Source: a bacterium
GTDB lineage: Bacteria > Zhuqueibacterota > Zhuqueibacteria > Residuimicrobiales > Krinioviventaceae
Length of the DNA stretch: 64,000 nt
Assembly: GCA_963693055.1 (NCBI GenBank)
Contig: OY843751.1
Location: 4,544,001 to 4,608,000 of the forward strand
Direction: 5' to 3'
Shown here piece after piece: positions 61,988-64,000 of the stretch; positions within the stretch are counted from its first letter, which is position 1; every line of letters starts with the position of its first letter. The notes beneath the pieces are model-generated. The model was not told where the DNA came from. It made no database searches and worked only from the letters and a program-made list of their open reading frames with translations. Position numbers and translations under genes: made by a program.

Positions 61988-64000
61988 GTGAATATAATGA
62001 AAAACCTTTGCCTGCTTATTATTATGAGCTTTACAACAGTATTATCTCAAGACCTGCAAATACAATGGTCAAAAACATATGATTATGAATATGCCAATAA
62101 CATTGATTTTGCACATGATGGAGGATTTGTTTTCACAACTTGTGACGATAACAAAGCTATTGTCAAGATAGACAAACATGGCATTGTTCAGGAAGATTGG
62201 CCGTTAGATTTTGGAGAAAATCCCATCTATGGTTATCTACAAAAGTGCAATGAAGGCTATATAATGATAGGTACTACTCCAATGTTGATAAAACTTGACA
62301 ACCAGGGCCGGCAGGAATGGGAAAAACAATATTACGAAAATGAATATGGTGAAGTTGATTATTGGTACACTGGTGAATTTGTCAAACAAACTCATGACAA
62401 TGGATACATTCTTTTTTGTACTACAAACAACAATGCTGATCCCTCGGGTTCTCGCAGGAGCTTTATGTTTATTAAAACAGACCCCAATGGGGAAATAGAG
62501 TGGGAAAGCGGGGCCAGTGGTAATTATTATGGATCAAATACATCTATAGGTGTACATCAATTATCAGATGGTGGTTATCTTTTCGCCTATAACAACGATT
62601 ATGGCGGCTTGACCCGGTTATCACCAGAAGGAAAAGAAATCTGGGAAAAAAGTTATGACAAATACATAAAATACGCCTTGCCGGCAGATGATGGTGGTTT
62701 CTTTATTTGCGGTAACACCTATTCACAGGATAGTCCTACACAAGATGCAGTTTATTTAATAAAAGTAGACAAGTATGGAGAAGAAATTTGGGAAAAGACA
62801 TTTACTTTTTCAGGTAATATGCCATATATCTATATAAATGAGATGATTAAATTGAATGACAATAGCTATCTATTATGCGGCAATAATATTGACAGATCAG
62901 ATTGGACATCAAAAGGCTGGTTAATCAAAACGGATAATTTTGGGAATAAAATATGGGAAAAAAATTTTACTGAAATTGATAATATCAAACAAATTTTAAG
63001 AGTCTCCGACAATGAATTTATTTTGTTTGGTAACAAAGATTATTATGCAACAGTTGTCCATATCAAAGAAAACAGCCAACAAGAATCCGCAACTCTTGAA
63101 TTATTAGATCCGGTTAACTATAAATTAGGAGTTGGATCTCGTCTTAATCTGGACTGGACCAGCATTGCCGATGCTTCATCATACCTTCTTGAAATTGATG
63201 ATGATAGTGACATGTCAAGCCCCCTCATTTCGAAAACAGTTTCAAGCAGTTCAGATTGTATCATCGATAGTTTATCATATTCTGCAAAATATTACTGGAG
63301 GGTCAGGGCCCAATTATCCGATGGTTCCGAAAGTTGGTCAAATATCAGAACATTTACAACAATGCCTTCCCCACACCTCGAGTTTAACGGACCGGATGGC
63401 TGCATCCTGTCATACGTAGATGTTGGAGATCAATATTACACGGACAGAGAGTATACAATATCAGAATTTCCAAATCAATTTAAAAATTGTTTATGGATCA
63501 AAACTAAAAACAGTGAAAAATATTTAACTGATGACAATTACATTCAATTTCAATTAAAAAGAGACGCTACTGTCTATATCGCCTATGATAATCGGGCAAG
63601 TTCTGTTCCCCATTGGTTGTCATCCGGGTTTGAGCAAACACAATACACAATCGAAAGTACTGATGAATACTCTAATTTTAATGTCTGGCAGGGCCAATTT
63701 GCTGCAGGCAAAGTAACCTTGGGGGCCAATTCGGCAAGTGGAGCAGAAGGTGTGCTTACAAATTATGTTGTGCTCCTGGATATCCCCTTGCAAACACTTG
63801 ATCCCAAAAACAATAAAGACGGGATTGGAAATTATTTATACTTGAGTTGGGAAATAACAGGAAATTTCAAAAATTATGACCTGCAAGTCAGCGAAAACCA
63901 GGATATGTCGTCACCACTATACGATATTACCAATTTAATGAATCCCAGGTATTTAATAAAAAACCTGGATTATAATAAAGACTATTACTGGAGGGTCAAA
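61988..64000 (+). CDS. Tandem paralog of 58682..61972; 5' part only, runs off the window; not in ORF track
   Basis: GTG start MNIMKNLCLL..SQDLQIQWSKTYDY..IDFAHD; the same frame ends in NLDYNKDYYWRVK at 64000, matching the paralog. Confidence 0.85.
   Translation, partial: MNIMKNLCLLIIMSFTTVLSQDLQIQWSKTYDYEYANNIDFAHDGGFVFTTCDDNKAIVKIDKHGIVQEDWPLDFGENPIYGYLQKCNEGYIMIGTTPMLIKLDNQGRQEWEKQYYENEYGEVDYWYTGEFVKQTHDNGYILFCTTNNNADPSGSRRSFMFIKTDPNGEIEWESGASGNYYGSNTSIGVHQLSDGGYLFAYNNDYGGLTRLSPEGKEIWEKSYDKYIKYALPADDGGFFICGNTYSQDSPTQDAVYLIKVDKYGEEIWEKTFTFSGNMPYIYINEMIKLNDNSYLLCGNNIDRSDWTSKGWLIKTDNFGNKIWEKNFTEIDNIKQILRVSDNEFILFGNKDYYATVVHIKENSQQESATLELLDPVNYKLGVGSRLNLDWTSIADASSYLLEIDDDSDMSSPLISKTVSSSSDCIIDSLSYSAKYYWRVRAQLSDGSESWSNIRTFTTMPSPHLEFNGPDGCILSYVDVGDQYYTDREYTISEFPNQFKNCLWIKTKNSEKYLTDDNYIQFQLKRDATVYIAYDNRASSVPHWLSSGFEQTQYTIESTDEYSNFNVWQGQFAAGKVTLGANSASGAEGVLTNYVVLLDIPLQTLDPKNNKDGIGNYLYLSWEITGNFKNYDLQVSENQDMSSPLYDITNLMNPRYLIKNLDYNKDYYWRVK

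Overview
Bacterial chromosomal window; gene content suggests an FCB-group organism such as KSB1/Calditrichota (inference only). From left to right: (1) the 5' part of a minus-strand exopolysaccharide operon (SLBB protein, Wzc, CapD-like dehydratase, ACP, partial AsnB-type amidotransferase) with a perfect sigma54 promoter; (2) an OmpR-type two-component system, a double jelly-roll protein and TolC; (3) a complete minus-strand rRNA operon (16S, tRNA-Ile, tRNA-Ala, 23S, 5S) preceded by seven tandem sigma70-type promoters; (4) tyrS, smpB and tRNA-Leu; (5) a sulfur cluster (frameshifted cysM, two YeeE/YedE genes, OsmC, metZ-like); (6) a ~31 kb sigma54-type operon with one periplasmic adaptor, a four-helix-bundle (IVP/Avd-like) gene, two ABC ATPases and eleven divergent ~800-aa MacB/FtsX-type permeases, next to a divergent NtrC-type two-component system; (7) two tandem paralogous large secreted proteins. 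The best candidate for an undescribed system is the cassette-like organisation of the permease array. Nine of 11 divergent ORFs end in the same DNA motif (TTGAGGTWTGARTRA), most are followed directly by hairpins of inverted heptamer repeats, and the same arms flank the four-helix-bundle gene. No integrase, recombinase or reverse transcriptase is present in the window, so the mechanism is hypothetical.
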